Below, in pieces: positions 12,621-26,125 of a stretch of 64,000 nt of DNA; the first letter of the stretch is position 1, and each line of letters starts with the position of its first letter. The stretch spans positions 16,058,001-16,122,000 of the forward strand of contig CM068748.1 of the NCBI GenBank assembly GCA_035084275.1, in the 5' to 3' direction. The notes below the pieces were generated by a model, which was given only the letters and a program-made list of their open reading frames with translations, had not been told where the DNA came from and did no database searches. The position numbers and the translations under genes are program-made. The DNA is from Hydrolagus colliei (Eukaryota).

Positions 12621-15600
12621 TACTATGCTGAAAGCTTTCAAAATACATACAGAATGGAATTTCAGGTCAAGTGAGTTGTTACTTGTACTTTTGGAGCTGT
12701 GCATGCGTCGGTGCAGCTATCTTCACTACAAACGTATGTGGTATTTGTACCACAAAAGTATTGACTTTTTCTATGTTTCCCATAGAAATTGAGTGTTCTG
12801 GTTACAACTAGAACAATATGTGCCATAATTAACAAGTATTTTCGCAGCAATGGATGATAATTTACCATGGTCTGCCTTCTAAAAATACTTCACTTTATTC
12901 TATTTGTAGATCTGAAAGTACTTACTGTCAAAGTTTGAAAGGATACTGCACAGGTGGTACTCTGAAACAGAGATGCCATAGCTATAGGAGAAATGAATGA
13001 TCCCAAAGCATCCCATTGAAAGACCTTCGGAGAAGTTGAGGGAGCACTGAATGCTGATGTCCCAGAACAATGTACAAGAGAGTTACTGGTTACACATCAG
13101 AATAGTGAACAGATTTACTGTAGATGCAAGCTGTTCTGCAAACTGTATCAGTCCAAATACATAATATTGTCCAGTAGGTCCATACTGTGCATTTAGGTGT
13201 TATCAAAGAAAACACGGGCATATAAATTGTTGTTGGTTTTCTGATATAGGGCCAAGTCCTTCATCTTACGTGAGTTCAGACAATGGTGTCTTATTGGCAA
13301 GGCATATCCTCACCTAATAACAATGTGAAGGGATCATAGGATAGCAATCAGGAATGGGAAATCTGGTGTGATTTCCCTTCCACTTTCATGGCAGAAATCA
13401 ACAAAGTCAGCTCAGACCAAGCATGTAACCTGAAACCTATATGGTTCTTTGCCGCACGATGCAGTGCAATTGCCCACTGAACCATTGAGGCAGCCCTGTG
13501 AGTGTGCTTTCATTGTTCATTTAAATTGGTTTAGATTTTGTGGGCAGTAAAAGTTTGCAGAGTATTTACACTGGTCATCTTTAACAAGCGTTTAAACTCT
13601 AACCATGTGTGGCTGTCCTACAATACTGTTAAATTTCTCTGCTTTAATTGCACCTTGATCCATAATGTGGTGGTACAATTTATGTACCTGAATGATTGAT
13701 CTTTTGAGAGACAGTGTATAACATATAAGTGAAACCAATCCATTGGATTTTATGATAAGCACATTTTATATATAACTGCAATTGACATTCCTTTCCTACC
13801 ATTGGTTAATGCGCCTGAAGCTTCTCTCAGACAAGACCTTGATTTTGTAATTTTAGAAAATAAAACAGACCTTACCCATTAGGACCAGCCCTTAAACAAT
13901 AGATTCACTTAGGCTGCCTGCTCTATGATTCATTTTAAAGTAAACACAGGACCAGAATCATCTGATTTATTATTCGAGTTTCTACAGTATTCATATGGAA
14001 CCTTTTACTTTTAACATTTGGCAAGCAATGAAAAAGAATTTGACTTCTAATATATTTTTAAAGTTCAGCATGCATTTGTAATAAAACAGATTTTTTCTAA
14101 AAAACAATGAGTAATGATTTCAATAGAATTCACATGCTAGTTTTCTATGAGTGCCTGCAGTTACGGTGTTCTAGTCAACTTTTCAGGGTCAATTTATCTC
14201 AACATTCAAGAGCATTCCTTAAAATAGAGATTATTCAAACATTTCAAATATTTTATTACATGTGCTGAGCAAATTGGGTTCACAATTAAATTACATTAGA
14301 AAGTAAGATTTTCCATTGAAGGATAATATCAGGCCAAATTTGGGTCATGTATCTGACTTGCTTCTTTTCAACAGATAACTTTCATCAAACTACTCTGAAG
14401 GATGACTGCAGTTTTCATAGAGTTGCCTCTGAGACTTAATTGAAATATGTGCCGAACCTGAATATTTCTGATCTGGAGAAACTAATGTCACAGGTGGCAT
14501 ATAAAGTCTGTATAAGAGTTTAAGCATCTCTACTTCTCGAAGGAAACACTTTATCATTGTTTTTTTTATGAGAGTTGAGGAAATTGGCTCTCAGTTTTGT
14601 CTGCACTGACCTATGTTGATTGAACCCAATTCCATATCTAGTAGCTCTTAAACCTGTCACGATGACCTTTTCCTGAAATAAAATAAATCTTTAAATCCCT
14701 ACAGCAATATTTGAAGGTATCATATCAATGCACCTAACAAACGATATACCCTCACATTTAAGCCTTGCTTAAACTTATTACAATTGAAGCGCACTACAAA
14801 TTATCTTTTTGTACCTGACCAACATATATTTTCTCTTTCCTTGACTGCAGATTTTCTCTTCCCCCCACAATCCCCTCCACTTCCCTAAAGGCATTGAGTG
14901 ATGATCACATATGACATTTGTTTTAGGTTTCCATGAAACCTGGAAACCTAGAAAACTGTGTTCTGGTGTTACATGTGAGCACTGAAATTTAATATTTGTA
15001 AGTTCAATGATGGGGCTATGCCTGGTTCTGTCATAACATTCATTAGGTAGCAAAAAGAAGATAGAATCCAAGCAAATTTATCTGCTGTCTAATCCATGGG
15101 TAATCCATTTAAAGTGAGACCCAATATTCTGGCCCCCATCCTACTTCCCAATAGTCAAATACCCCAACTAAAATCAAATAACTCAACCAGCAGATTGAGG
15201 TTTGAACGTTGGACTTTATGGTCCAAACTCACAGCTGGAACTAATGGTTGAAACGGAAAGTATGAATACATTTAATGTACCAGTGAAGGAGAAAGCAATA
15301 CTCAAATGGAGTACTGTACAAACAAAAACATTGACCAATTAGGCTGAATGGCTTAATTCAATGTTGTATATTCTATGTAAGTATGTGTGCTTTCATGTTC
15401 TCATCTAAAACATGATTATTGGTCTGAATATTACTTGTACACTTTAGTACTAAAAAAAACCTCCAGAATGTTTGTCATCTATATACAGTATTTAGAGGCT
15501 TTGTTAAAACAGCAAACAAGAGATTGTTGTGTGTTTTATCGTTACGACCAGTATGGTGTGCACTCAGCCAATCATACTGATTTATGCAACAACTAATCTT

Positions 15601-18600
15601 ATACAGGAATATACTGCTTAGACCTCAGATTATAAAGTTAACGATGGATATGAGTTTAAAGCAGTATATAGTGTTATGTTTTCATGATCACAACTTTAGA
15701 TCCTGGGGAGATTGTTTTTTACGTTCAGTTGATTCACATGAGCTGTGACATAGCAGCTCCTAGTAGCACAGACTGTGTCTTTAGCTACAGGGATATTTCT
15801 GTCAGTTCTTTAGAAGCCTAAAGTGTCTGTATCATTAAGGAAAGGCTGTATTTCCTGCATCCATAATAGCAAAAATTGAGAATTAAAAGTCATAACTTTC
15901 CTGGGAGTGAAATTGTACTCTGACAGTATCCACAGAAAAATTCTATGATTGCCTTCTAATTTAGGTAACCTTCAATGCCCTTAACGAAACATTTTACTTT
16001 TACTTAAACCTTGACGATAATGGTGACATAGGAATGGAAATAGGTTTTGTAAAAATCAGTATTGGGTGTTTCCTTCAGCACTACACTTGTCAAGGTGCAT
16101 TATCATTGGGAGCATAGTCCACCAGCAATTTTAAACATTGTCTCACCTGCTATTTTCTTTTCAAAACAATAAGAGAACAAAGGTTAGTGGACCTTTTAAA
16201 ACTACCAATGTTTTGAATACTCTCTGAAGTCTCATTCATGGTAAGGTGTGAATGAACTGTTTATTCAGTGTGCAGTGTTTCCCATTGCAGTCCGTCTAAT
16301 GTCAAAATTACTTGTGTTCCCCTGAACAACTTGAATGGCTTTCTAAAGTTCAAAGAACAGACGTGCATTGTGGAGTGTGAAAGCTGTTCAGAAAGAGCTC
16401 TTAATTCTGAGGGCAGAAACATCAGAAAGTTGCACCTCAGGTTAAGGGCAAGAGAGCGAGAGGAATCATAGAAAACCATTGAGTTTCATAGATGCCTGGT
16501 ATCTGCCATTTTGAAATCATCAATGAGTTACTGGTAGTGTTGTGTCCAATTTCATTTTCCATTCTCTACTTAAACCTTTACACTCTGCTGTGTATGTAGT
16601 AGTTTATGTATTAATTATCTGCTACTATTCGAAAAGTTGAGGGAGTTTAGTTTCTCCGAGTGTTCTGGCTAACAATCTCCGAAATAAAGTTATTCATTCA
16701 CTCAATTGTTGTTAGTTGGACAGTGTTGTGTGCAAATTGGTTGCTTTGCCTGCCTACAAACTACAGTATACAGTTACTCCATTTTATAGTTCATCCTGTG
16801 TAAAGCTTTGAGAAGTCCTCCTGATGTGAAAAGTCTTATGTTTAATGAAAAGATTATTATGAATTAATCTATTTTTGGTGGAAACTGCTCAATCTGAAAA
16901 AAACTTGTATTTTTCAATGCTCAAGATGAAACTGTAAAACCAAACCTGGTACTCGGATTGGTCAGGCTGAACTTGTCATTTGTATACTTGGTAAGTTAAT
17001 GCATTTTGCATAGGCTTGAGAGGAATGACCGAGAAAGCAAAAAAGGTTAGTTCTCTTAAGCATGTACTTGGATGGCATTTGATAAGATGAAGCCAACACT
17101 ATTTACAAAATCATGACAAGCTTGGTAATCAACTGCTCAAAATAGGCAGATCTCAATCTGCATTATATGCTTTGGCAGCATAATGGTGTCAATTAGCCTG
17201 CATCAAGCATAATTCATGCGCAGTATTAAACCCTGTAAGTCCAACATATGTTTAAGACTGTGTAGAAATGTTCCCAATCCTGTGGGATGCAAACCCATCT
17301 TGAAAGTCTTGCATTGGTGGTTTTCCTGGATGTTTGCCCCAAAAATCTGATGCCTTCAAACTTTTTATTAGATTTATTTTATTAGATAGCTCAATATTTT
17401 ATTTGATAGCTCATACTTCAACTCTGGTCACTCTGAACTGATCTTAAGAATCTACTGGAGGCACCAAACGGTGATGAATGACATGTTTAGGCTGTCTGGT
17501 ATCAACAGCACCGATGTATTTGGTGACAACGGCCTACTTCACTTCCTATCTGCCCCACCATCAATGATGGGCTTTCAGTCATAGCCTGTCCTCTGGAACT
17601 CCATTCCCTTCAACGTGTGTCTGAAAGCGTACCTCTTGTGACTACGTATTTGATCATCATGTGACAATAGACTTGCTATAAATCGGTGTGTGAAAATACA
17701 CAGTACATTGTGTCTGGGTATTTTAACAGAGTTAGTGATCAGTACTTGCTGAATCAATGAACGGCCTCTTTTCCGAAGACCAGGAGAGGTGCTATAGGAA
17801 GAAAGCCACTTTGTCATTGGATTTTAGTTTAAAGATAGATTTTAAGGATTGATTTATTTGTCCATTGTTAGCAAATTACACAATTAGGCAGATCTGGATG
17901 CATCTTTCTTCAATGCAAAGATGGCTATTGAAATATCCAAATCAGTATATGTTAAATAACAAATATTGTTATTTTGGACATAGAAATCTAGGCTATGATG
18001 CATTATGTAATGTCTTAAAATCTCAAGTGATCTATACTTATACATCTATGAGGGTGGGGAACTTTTTCTTAGGACTACACTGCAGGGCATTGGACATGAA
18101 TTGGTTAATTATCAGACTCTGAGGAATGCTTTGTTAACATGAATGAAGTAATTAGTTTAGGTAAGGCTTCACATCATTTCAAAACATACATATATCATAC
18201 TTGTCACCAAGTTAAGAAAAGACGTTAGCTTTTTTTTCCAAAGTGTACTGGATAATTTACTGTTGTTGCATGGCTTTTATTCGCCAGTTGAATCTCCAGG
18301 GCCACGGCTTTTAACAGAACAGTTCTGCAGGCCAAAGCTTTTAGGGATTAAGGGAATAATAAAACTTCCTCTATTGGCTGCAGGAGCACTGAACCTGTCT
18401 GGGAATTAAAAAGTTGGATCCCATCCACCATCTTTATTAATGACAGCTGTTGTTTGTTTATTCACGTTCCGCTGAAATAACTAATCACCTGGTGATCCGT
18501 TGATGAAAAATGATTTGTTTTAATCAAAATCTCATTCGAGGGTTAAGAAAACCTGAAAATGATCAATCACTTGGTCTGTGTTGTCACTCAAGAATTTGGT

Positions 18601-21600
18601 GTGAAGGGAGTTTATGGAGCATTTTGGAATCCAAGTGCTGATTTCATCTTTCAAAATTAAGGCTGAAAATAAATGGTGCATATTAAATGTGGAGTTGATA
18701 AAGTGCCAGGAACACTTTGACAAATCACTACATTACCTGCTCTTGTTCAAATCTTTTCTATTTTATAATTAAGAAAAACTGATTTCCATAATATCCAGGC
18801 TTTAAGTAACAAACTTGAATTTAAAAAAGAGTTTTTGTTAGTTTTAAAAAAAGTTTCAATACTCTCAACTGTTAACTTTAACCAAACCACCTGGAAATTA
18901 TTAAAAATTGTGATGTATTTGGACTTTGTTCAAGCAATACATTTTCTGAAGCATAATAATTTGCACATAAATCTACCAAGTCTGAGGAGAATTCCTGAGT
19001 ACTCTCTGCCAGAAGTGCTTTGCTTTGGTTCATTGTGGGAACTCTCATTGTACTGTACTTTTAATTGAGGTACACTTTTTTTGCCTTTGACTGCTTCCAC
19101 TCGTTCTGGCTTTGGTCCCTTTTCATCTTACAGATTGATTTACTGATTCTGAATGCCTCAGTTACAACCTCAAAAATCAACATCATAAATTACAGCTAAT
19201 TTGGGACCTTTTCCTGAATTACTTCAATTTCCCCCCTTGGCAGTAGTTCTCCCCTGCATGTGGTTTCCTTTTTTTTTAACCCACAATTTTACAAAGGCAC
19301 ACATACTTCAATTCACATCTCTTCTTTTGCCTTAATGCAGTAAACTCAAGTCATCTAGTTTGAAGAAAGAGAGCACAAAATTAAGACTGTGTTCAAAGTG
19401 AGTCTTTTATATCCTGATTGTTTTCTCAACGTTTATTGGAGTGCGAGTTTGTAGAGCTGGTTTTCTTTCAAAAGTTTCAGTTTGAAGGATTTCTGGTCAT
19501 CTCTAGGGTCTGTTTTCAAAACAAGCATGACAGTAAGTTGCCTGTGGCATTCAGCATGTAATTCAGCTTTTCAGATGTGGTTTTAAATAACTTTTGGCTA
19601 GATTGCTGCAGTGCGAGTATTCCCAGTATTAGAAGGAAATTTAATGATTCACAGGCCTCCCCCGTTCTTTTTTTCTACCGTATCCAAGTGTTCAACACAA
19701 TATCAGTGTATCACAAAGACGGATTAACTTTAACCCAAAACAGAGGTAATGATTAACTTTTCAATATCTGATTATCCATTAGACAGATCTGTGTCACAAT
19801 CTGACAGAACTATATTCGAAAGCTAGGTACTGTAGTTTTTAAATAAGTCTTGTGTCCTGGCTTTTTTGTAATCCTTAGCAACTTGTTTCAATTGTACCCA
19901 ACCTTTGTCTGTGACTTATAATTATGCTTTACACCCTGATACCTGTGACTTCCTGCCCCTTATTATATCTGAAAGCATTTCCCTGGATTTACTTTCTCAT
20001 TCCATTTTAGCATCTCTGATCTTGGCTGTTTAACTGCAATTCTGACGGACATTTTAACCTATATACAGAATGTTTGCCAATAAAGGGAAACAGGACTGCT
20101 CCTACCTGTGAAAACAATGACTTATCTTTCTTGTGAGCAAAAGAGCAGGTGGACTGCCCCATCATTACATGAAAAAAATATACAATAACAACTAAAAAAA
20201 AACTTTTAGTTTTTGCAGAATAAAAGTTCAATCAAATCACACTGCCCCTTGAACATATATTTGTCAGGATCAGTATTGGCTCAGAGTCATGCCATACTTT
20301 TGCACTTCAAGTTTGCTTTCCGAGTCATAATATAAAAAGTCCAGTGTTCCCAGAGTTGAATTTCAGAACATCCCACTTGGAGTTGGACCTCCTATAGTAG
20401 GCCATGAGCCTATCTGCTCCCATTCTCTTAACACTATCCTGGAGTCCCTCTGATTTACTCTTTCCCTCATATTGTTCAAGGTCCATCTCAGGACATACCA
20501 TTTTGACCATGCTTTCAGTCTTCTATCTTTTCCCCACCCCACTTGGCTTCCACTCGCAGCTCAAGTCCCAAGCCTTGGGAGATCTTCCGATATGAAAGGC
20601 TCTGTATAATTACAAATTTGTTATGTTTAGCATCAGGCTTTATTGTAGGCACAAAACATTGTGAGAAGTTTACTTTAAGATCCCCACTGCTGAAATGGCA
20701 GTCACGAAAGCACCAAAGTCGCCTGATGTTCAGAGGCATATCCTGGCCTTCACAGCCATTATTTGTGAATTAAATATCACAGAATATAATTATGACATTG
20801 TTTCATGCATGTGTGAAGTTCTGCCTTCACCTGTCAACTTAATGTGGTAATGTTAGGACGTTTTTGTGTGCCATCAGTCATTGCAGGTGACCTTGGAAAA
20901 TGTAACTGGGGACGTGGCAAAGTTTTGGGCTGCAGCAAAGCCACATTTTGAGTCTCAGGAGACGCATTGTAAAGACATCACAAATGTTCTACTGAAATGG
21001 TTAAACACATTCATCCATCAGTTATAGCACATGAAAAAAAAGGCATTAAAAAAATGTGTTTTGAAAGCAGTCATGAACTGTCAGCACTCTTAAAGTTTTA
21101 ATTTTTATGACTGGATTGGAAGGTTAAATTAATCTCATAGCAACTGCTTGTGGTTCACAATTTTTCACAGGCTTCATCTCTAGTGTTAGGTGGAGGAGGA
21201 AGCCTGTGAGATGACGTACTAATGAGAAACTGTCGCTGTGGGAGGTGAGGTGACAGAAATGACTCAGACGGTGAGCTGAGATACAATCAGTTACCTGCGG
21301 GGACCATGAGCGACAATTTAAAACACATTCATGATAATTATTTCATCAAAATTACTCATTTCAGCCATTAACGCTGAGCATTTCAACTGTGACCTTGTTC
21401 TGGAAAAATACTATTTAATATTATCCTCCAGTTAACATTATTTAACCATGGTTTTAACACCACAGTTCTCTTGCTCAGAGAAAGATACGTTGTTTTTTTA
21501 ACAACAACAACAAAATTGCATTTGTACAGCTCAAAATAGCTTAAAAAACGAGACTCCCAAAATTGTTTTTAAAAACAAGTGCAGGATTATTATTAGTGAA

Positions 21601-22019
21601 TTTGTTGAGAAATGCAGTTCTAATGATTATACTGATTTTTAAAATGAGATTTCTTATATTGGAATTTGACCCAAGGATACAAAGCAGTAGAAGCCTCCAC
21701 TGATAATGAGAAACACAAAATAAAGTCTGTTGTTGCAATGTGCTTCATATGGAGTGAAATTATGAAATTATTACCAGCAGATAGTACAGATCTGAATTCT
21801 CACCGGTATTGGTTAATCTATGTGAATTTATTGGACACTTTATTGAAGGTTGCTATCTCAGACATTTTAATGTGTCTTTACTGAATTCCAGCATTTTTCA
21901 CAATTAAGCCACTTTGAAATTTGTTTTGCTTTCTGGCTTTTTCGTTGATATTTTGGACTTGGTCAGTTCCTGAATCACTCCATATACAGTATTACCCTGG
22001 AGCTGGTCACTATGATAAC

Positions 22020-22350
22020 AATAATCCTTGCATTTGATGTAATGCCTTATCACATTGACAAAATTCTCGAAGCTCTTCACAGGATTTTTACTGTAAAGGG
22101 TAGGCAAACTGTGTTTTGCAGCCGAACATGGCAACCAATTTGTTCACAGCAACCTCCTATAAGCAGCCATGAAGCGAAATGACCCATGTTATCTTGAGGA
22201 TTGTTGTCAAGGGTACTGGAAGAAACAAAAGTTATCAATCATGACACAGGATCTTTAACATGAGCAGGCACAGATAGGGCCTCAGCTGAAGGACAGCACC
22301 ACCAACAATGCAGCGCGACATTCGAGTGTTAATGTTGACTGTGAATTCAA
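22020..22350 (-). mobile_element. Degenerate SINE, probably Deu-domain type
   Basis: Shared ccttgcatttgat tail and ggatctttaac...gaaggacagcac core; approximate. Confidence 0.5.
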
Positions 22351-24842
22351 AGGCGGGCAGGGGGCAAAGATCTCTGTGCAAGATCAAAGGGAAACATGCC
22401 CATCAATCGTACACTGATCCCAATATTAAAGACACCGAGTGACCCCCCCCCCTCCCGCCCCCCCCCACGCTCACCCCCATCATCTCTTCAACAATCCAGT
22501 TGAGTTCAACAGCTCATTGTATCATTTTGTAGGATAGCTGAACTATCCTGCAATAACACTGGCAATAAATCTGTGGGAATTGTTTCAGAATTGAATGGAA
22601 AAGAAGTGATAGGGGGCACTGCAGCTTTAAGCTGCCTTGTGTAACAGATTGTCCTGGCTCTGCAAATGTTGATCCAGCTCTGTCTGCTGTCTCTCATACT
22701 TCATCGATCAGCAGGCTCCTGACAGTGGAATTTTGTCGTGACAAGCAACATTTCATTCTGAAAGGTTTCTACTGCACAGTTATACCGCTGCTTAAAAACA
22801 GCTCTGAGAGCATTTAGAGTGTTGGGACTAGCAAGCCGTGTGTAATGCTGAATAGCTCAGCCGTCCTGTTACCTTGACTCTGCTCATGCTGACATTTTTG
22901 GAATAGAGTGAGTGATACTTTTAGGCACTATAAAAGAATAATCACATTAGAGAGCTTTCCAAATCTTTTCCTAAGTTAACTGACGGACGCATAGGCTAAC
23001 TTAATTCTTTTTACGGAACCATGCAAATAGCCTGGCAGTGCATTTCATTGCTTCACTGACTTGAGGCATTGTGCTATTTTCCCCCTCCTTCTTATCTTCC
23101 CTTGTTCCCATTCCACGTGTGTAAAACGGGACCTGATTGCAGGTCTGTCTGAGGGAGGTTCATGAGGAGGCAGAGGTAATATTCTAGGGGTTTAAGGAAT
23201 CCCTTATCCCACTGCCTTCTGTGTCCTGGAAAGACACATTCGCAGAGAGTTGAGAACAGAGCACTTGCACCCAACATACTACAGGTATTTCTCTATTTCC
23301 TAAACTTTGAGGCATCTAAAAAAAAGGTGTGGTCAGTATGTGGAAAATATCCACATTACATTATGTTTTTCCAATTTATTCACGTCTGCTCTCTCAGCAC
23401 CCTCCTTCACTCGAGAGAAATCATCCCGGGAAGATTCTAATGATTGGGATTAAAAGCCGAGTACCTTGGGATATCGGATTCCAGGACTAAAGGATCAAGC
23501 CTGCGAGTTCTTGTAGGGTAGTTTTAGTTCTCGTAGTTAGGAAGTATGATGCGGAGTTAAGGTGCTGTAAATGCTACATGAAATATATCCCAAATTTTGT
23601 CAGATGAACAATATAATAGTCTTGGTGCTAGTTTCTCCTTTTGAGGCTGTCTTTGATAAGTGGTGTAATTTTCTCTGCCTCATCCATTACTTCTCTCATA
23701 GAATAGTGAGAAGTGATGCATATCCCATGGACTAATCACAAGTGCAGAATACAAAAGTACCAATTAGTTGGGCCGAGCGGCGTCATCAGCCATCATTAAA
23801 TTGAACATATTGTTAATTCAGGAGAATATGCGCGTACAGGTACATAGTTAGAACAACAACTTGCATTTATGTAGTGCCCTTCACGTCAGATAACATCATG
23901 GAGTGCCAGATAATGTCTCCAAGGCCCAGGTTTAACTGTGGCGTTGTACCAAATATTTAAGGTCAAACTATAGGTCAGTGGCAGGACTTTTGCAGCTTTA
24001 ACAGGATATGGAGGAATAGAGATTCTTTGTTCTCGTCTTATTAACTCCACAAGCCAAAGTCCTAAAGGATAGGTGGTCACAAGTGGTCAAGCAAATGGAA
24101 GCTCACCATACAGTGCTCTGAATGGTAACTAAAGTCCCATCTAAAGACCTTCCTTTTTGATTGTGCTGATGGTCACCTCCGCCTGGCTCAGGGTCAGATT
24201 CCAACACTCTCAAACCCTCTGGGACGCAACTCTGTGTCAAGGATGCTATATAAATGCAAGTTTTTGTTTTAACTTGTGTGGTTTAATTGATAAGACTCCA
24301 GCAATAACCCAACGCATAGTTTGGGGTCCTGAAGTCTTGGCTCTCACTAACTCGTGTTTGATCCTCTCTGTAATAGGCATCTAGTGTGCATTCCATTCCA
24401 GATAGAGGGAAATTTCCATGTGTACACAGTGTACATATGTGGAATTTGCAATCTGGTTTGTTTACTCTGAAAACAAGTGTCAGACAACCATCTGACCAAA
24501 AAGGAGTAATCCCAGGTTATTATATTATTATGCTTAAATGCAGGTTAAAACTGCTACTTTAATCCATCTTCAGAAGAAACAACACCAACCCTCCCCAGCC
24601 CCCAACTAGACTAGATTTCATATGGCTTTACAGGGCAAGATTGTAAATTTGTACAGACAATGGGGTAATGTTTAGTGGATTAACAAAACAAATCTCAATT
24701 CACTTCAAAGGATAACAAAATGGTTTGGTTGTATTGACATTATTCTGAGCTAGTTTGCAGCCCACGCTTCAGATATGGTCAAAGTAAAATCAACAGTTTT
24801 GGTCACAGATTCTTCAATGTTCTTTACTTGTTTCCATTGTAG

Positions 24843-24953
<111 letters not shown>

Positions 24954-25919
24954 TAAGTAATGTACTAACCAAATGCTTCCAGAGGTTCTACCCTTATTTC
25001 TAGCTCTGCAATTAAATAACAAGTGAGGAATTGTAATAAAAACTCTGAATGATTCCAAATAAATTGGACGTAGATTCAGGGAGAATGCTGATTTCATTTG
25101 TGAATATAGAAAGCTTGTTGCAGGAATATGAATTACAGTATGCTCTGCAATTTGAATAAATCACAAGGAAAGTAGGAAAGTATTATTGATGAGATTAGTG
25201 AAATGTTATAAATCCTTGATTTGATGTGTCTCATTTTAGTTAATGTTCTTATAAATTGTAAAGCCCAATGTATCTAATCCTCTGCGGTTTTCACATCTTG
25301 GAAGACATTATCAAGCTAGATGCTCTTATCACAGTGGACTTTAACAACAGGCCTTGTGCTGAGATATCGTTGGTATACTGACCTCTGAAGGACAAGATGA
25401 CATTGCTTAGGGGCAAGCCTGTGTTGAGACTTCCAGTTCAATGGTCTTTTGTCTCTTTCTCCACAAAATTGGAAGTGCAAACCTGATTTTCTTTTAAAAC
25501 TATGTTTTGTTGGTGACTGGAAAGAAGTGTTATGTTTGTGCACTTCAGTGTGCATTTATGAAGCTATCACATTCCCCCTCAATTCTTGTACAGTGAATGG
25601 CCAGTGTACCCACTATTTCCTCTTAGTTTCCTTACCAAAGGTGAGCAGTAGCTCACTTGCAAAGGGATGAGAATTGTTAACAAAACAATGCATTAAGATA
25701 TTTTCATTTTGATTCAGGATAGTTTTTTTTAGATTATTTGAAGATTTTCCTACTGCTTTTGCATTCTAATTGTGTTGGACTGAGATACACAAAGTATTCA
25801 CTTTGGAATGAAGCATCAAATTTAACCTAACTCCTCAGAATCATAGAGATGATCATTTAAATGTTTAGCCAGTGAAGTACTATCTTGAATAATAAAAATG
25901 GAGGATGGTAGGGTAGACG

Positions 25920-26125
25920 CTAGGTAGACCCTCTTTTTTGACCGTGCCTTGAGCTGCCCTTCTACCTCTCTGTCCTCCCTCATTCTAACCCTGCCTCCCC
26001 TCACTCTAACCCTGCCTCCCCTCACCCCATGCTCAGGTCTGACTCCTGACTGTACAGCTTCTTGGGACGTTCTTCCGACATGAAAGGCACTCTAAAATGT
26101 AGTTTTGCTGCTGTTGCTGTTGACT
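25920..26125 (+). mobile_element. L2 3'-end fragment with an internal ~21-bp tandem duplication (CCTCCCCTCACTCTAACCCTG)
   Basis: gggacgttcttccgacatgaaaggcac tail; tandem unit at about 25974-26025. Confidence 0.65.
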
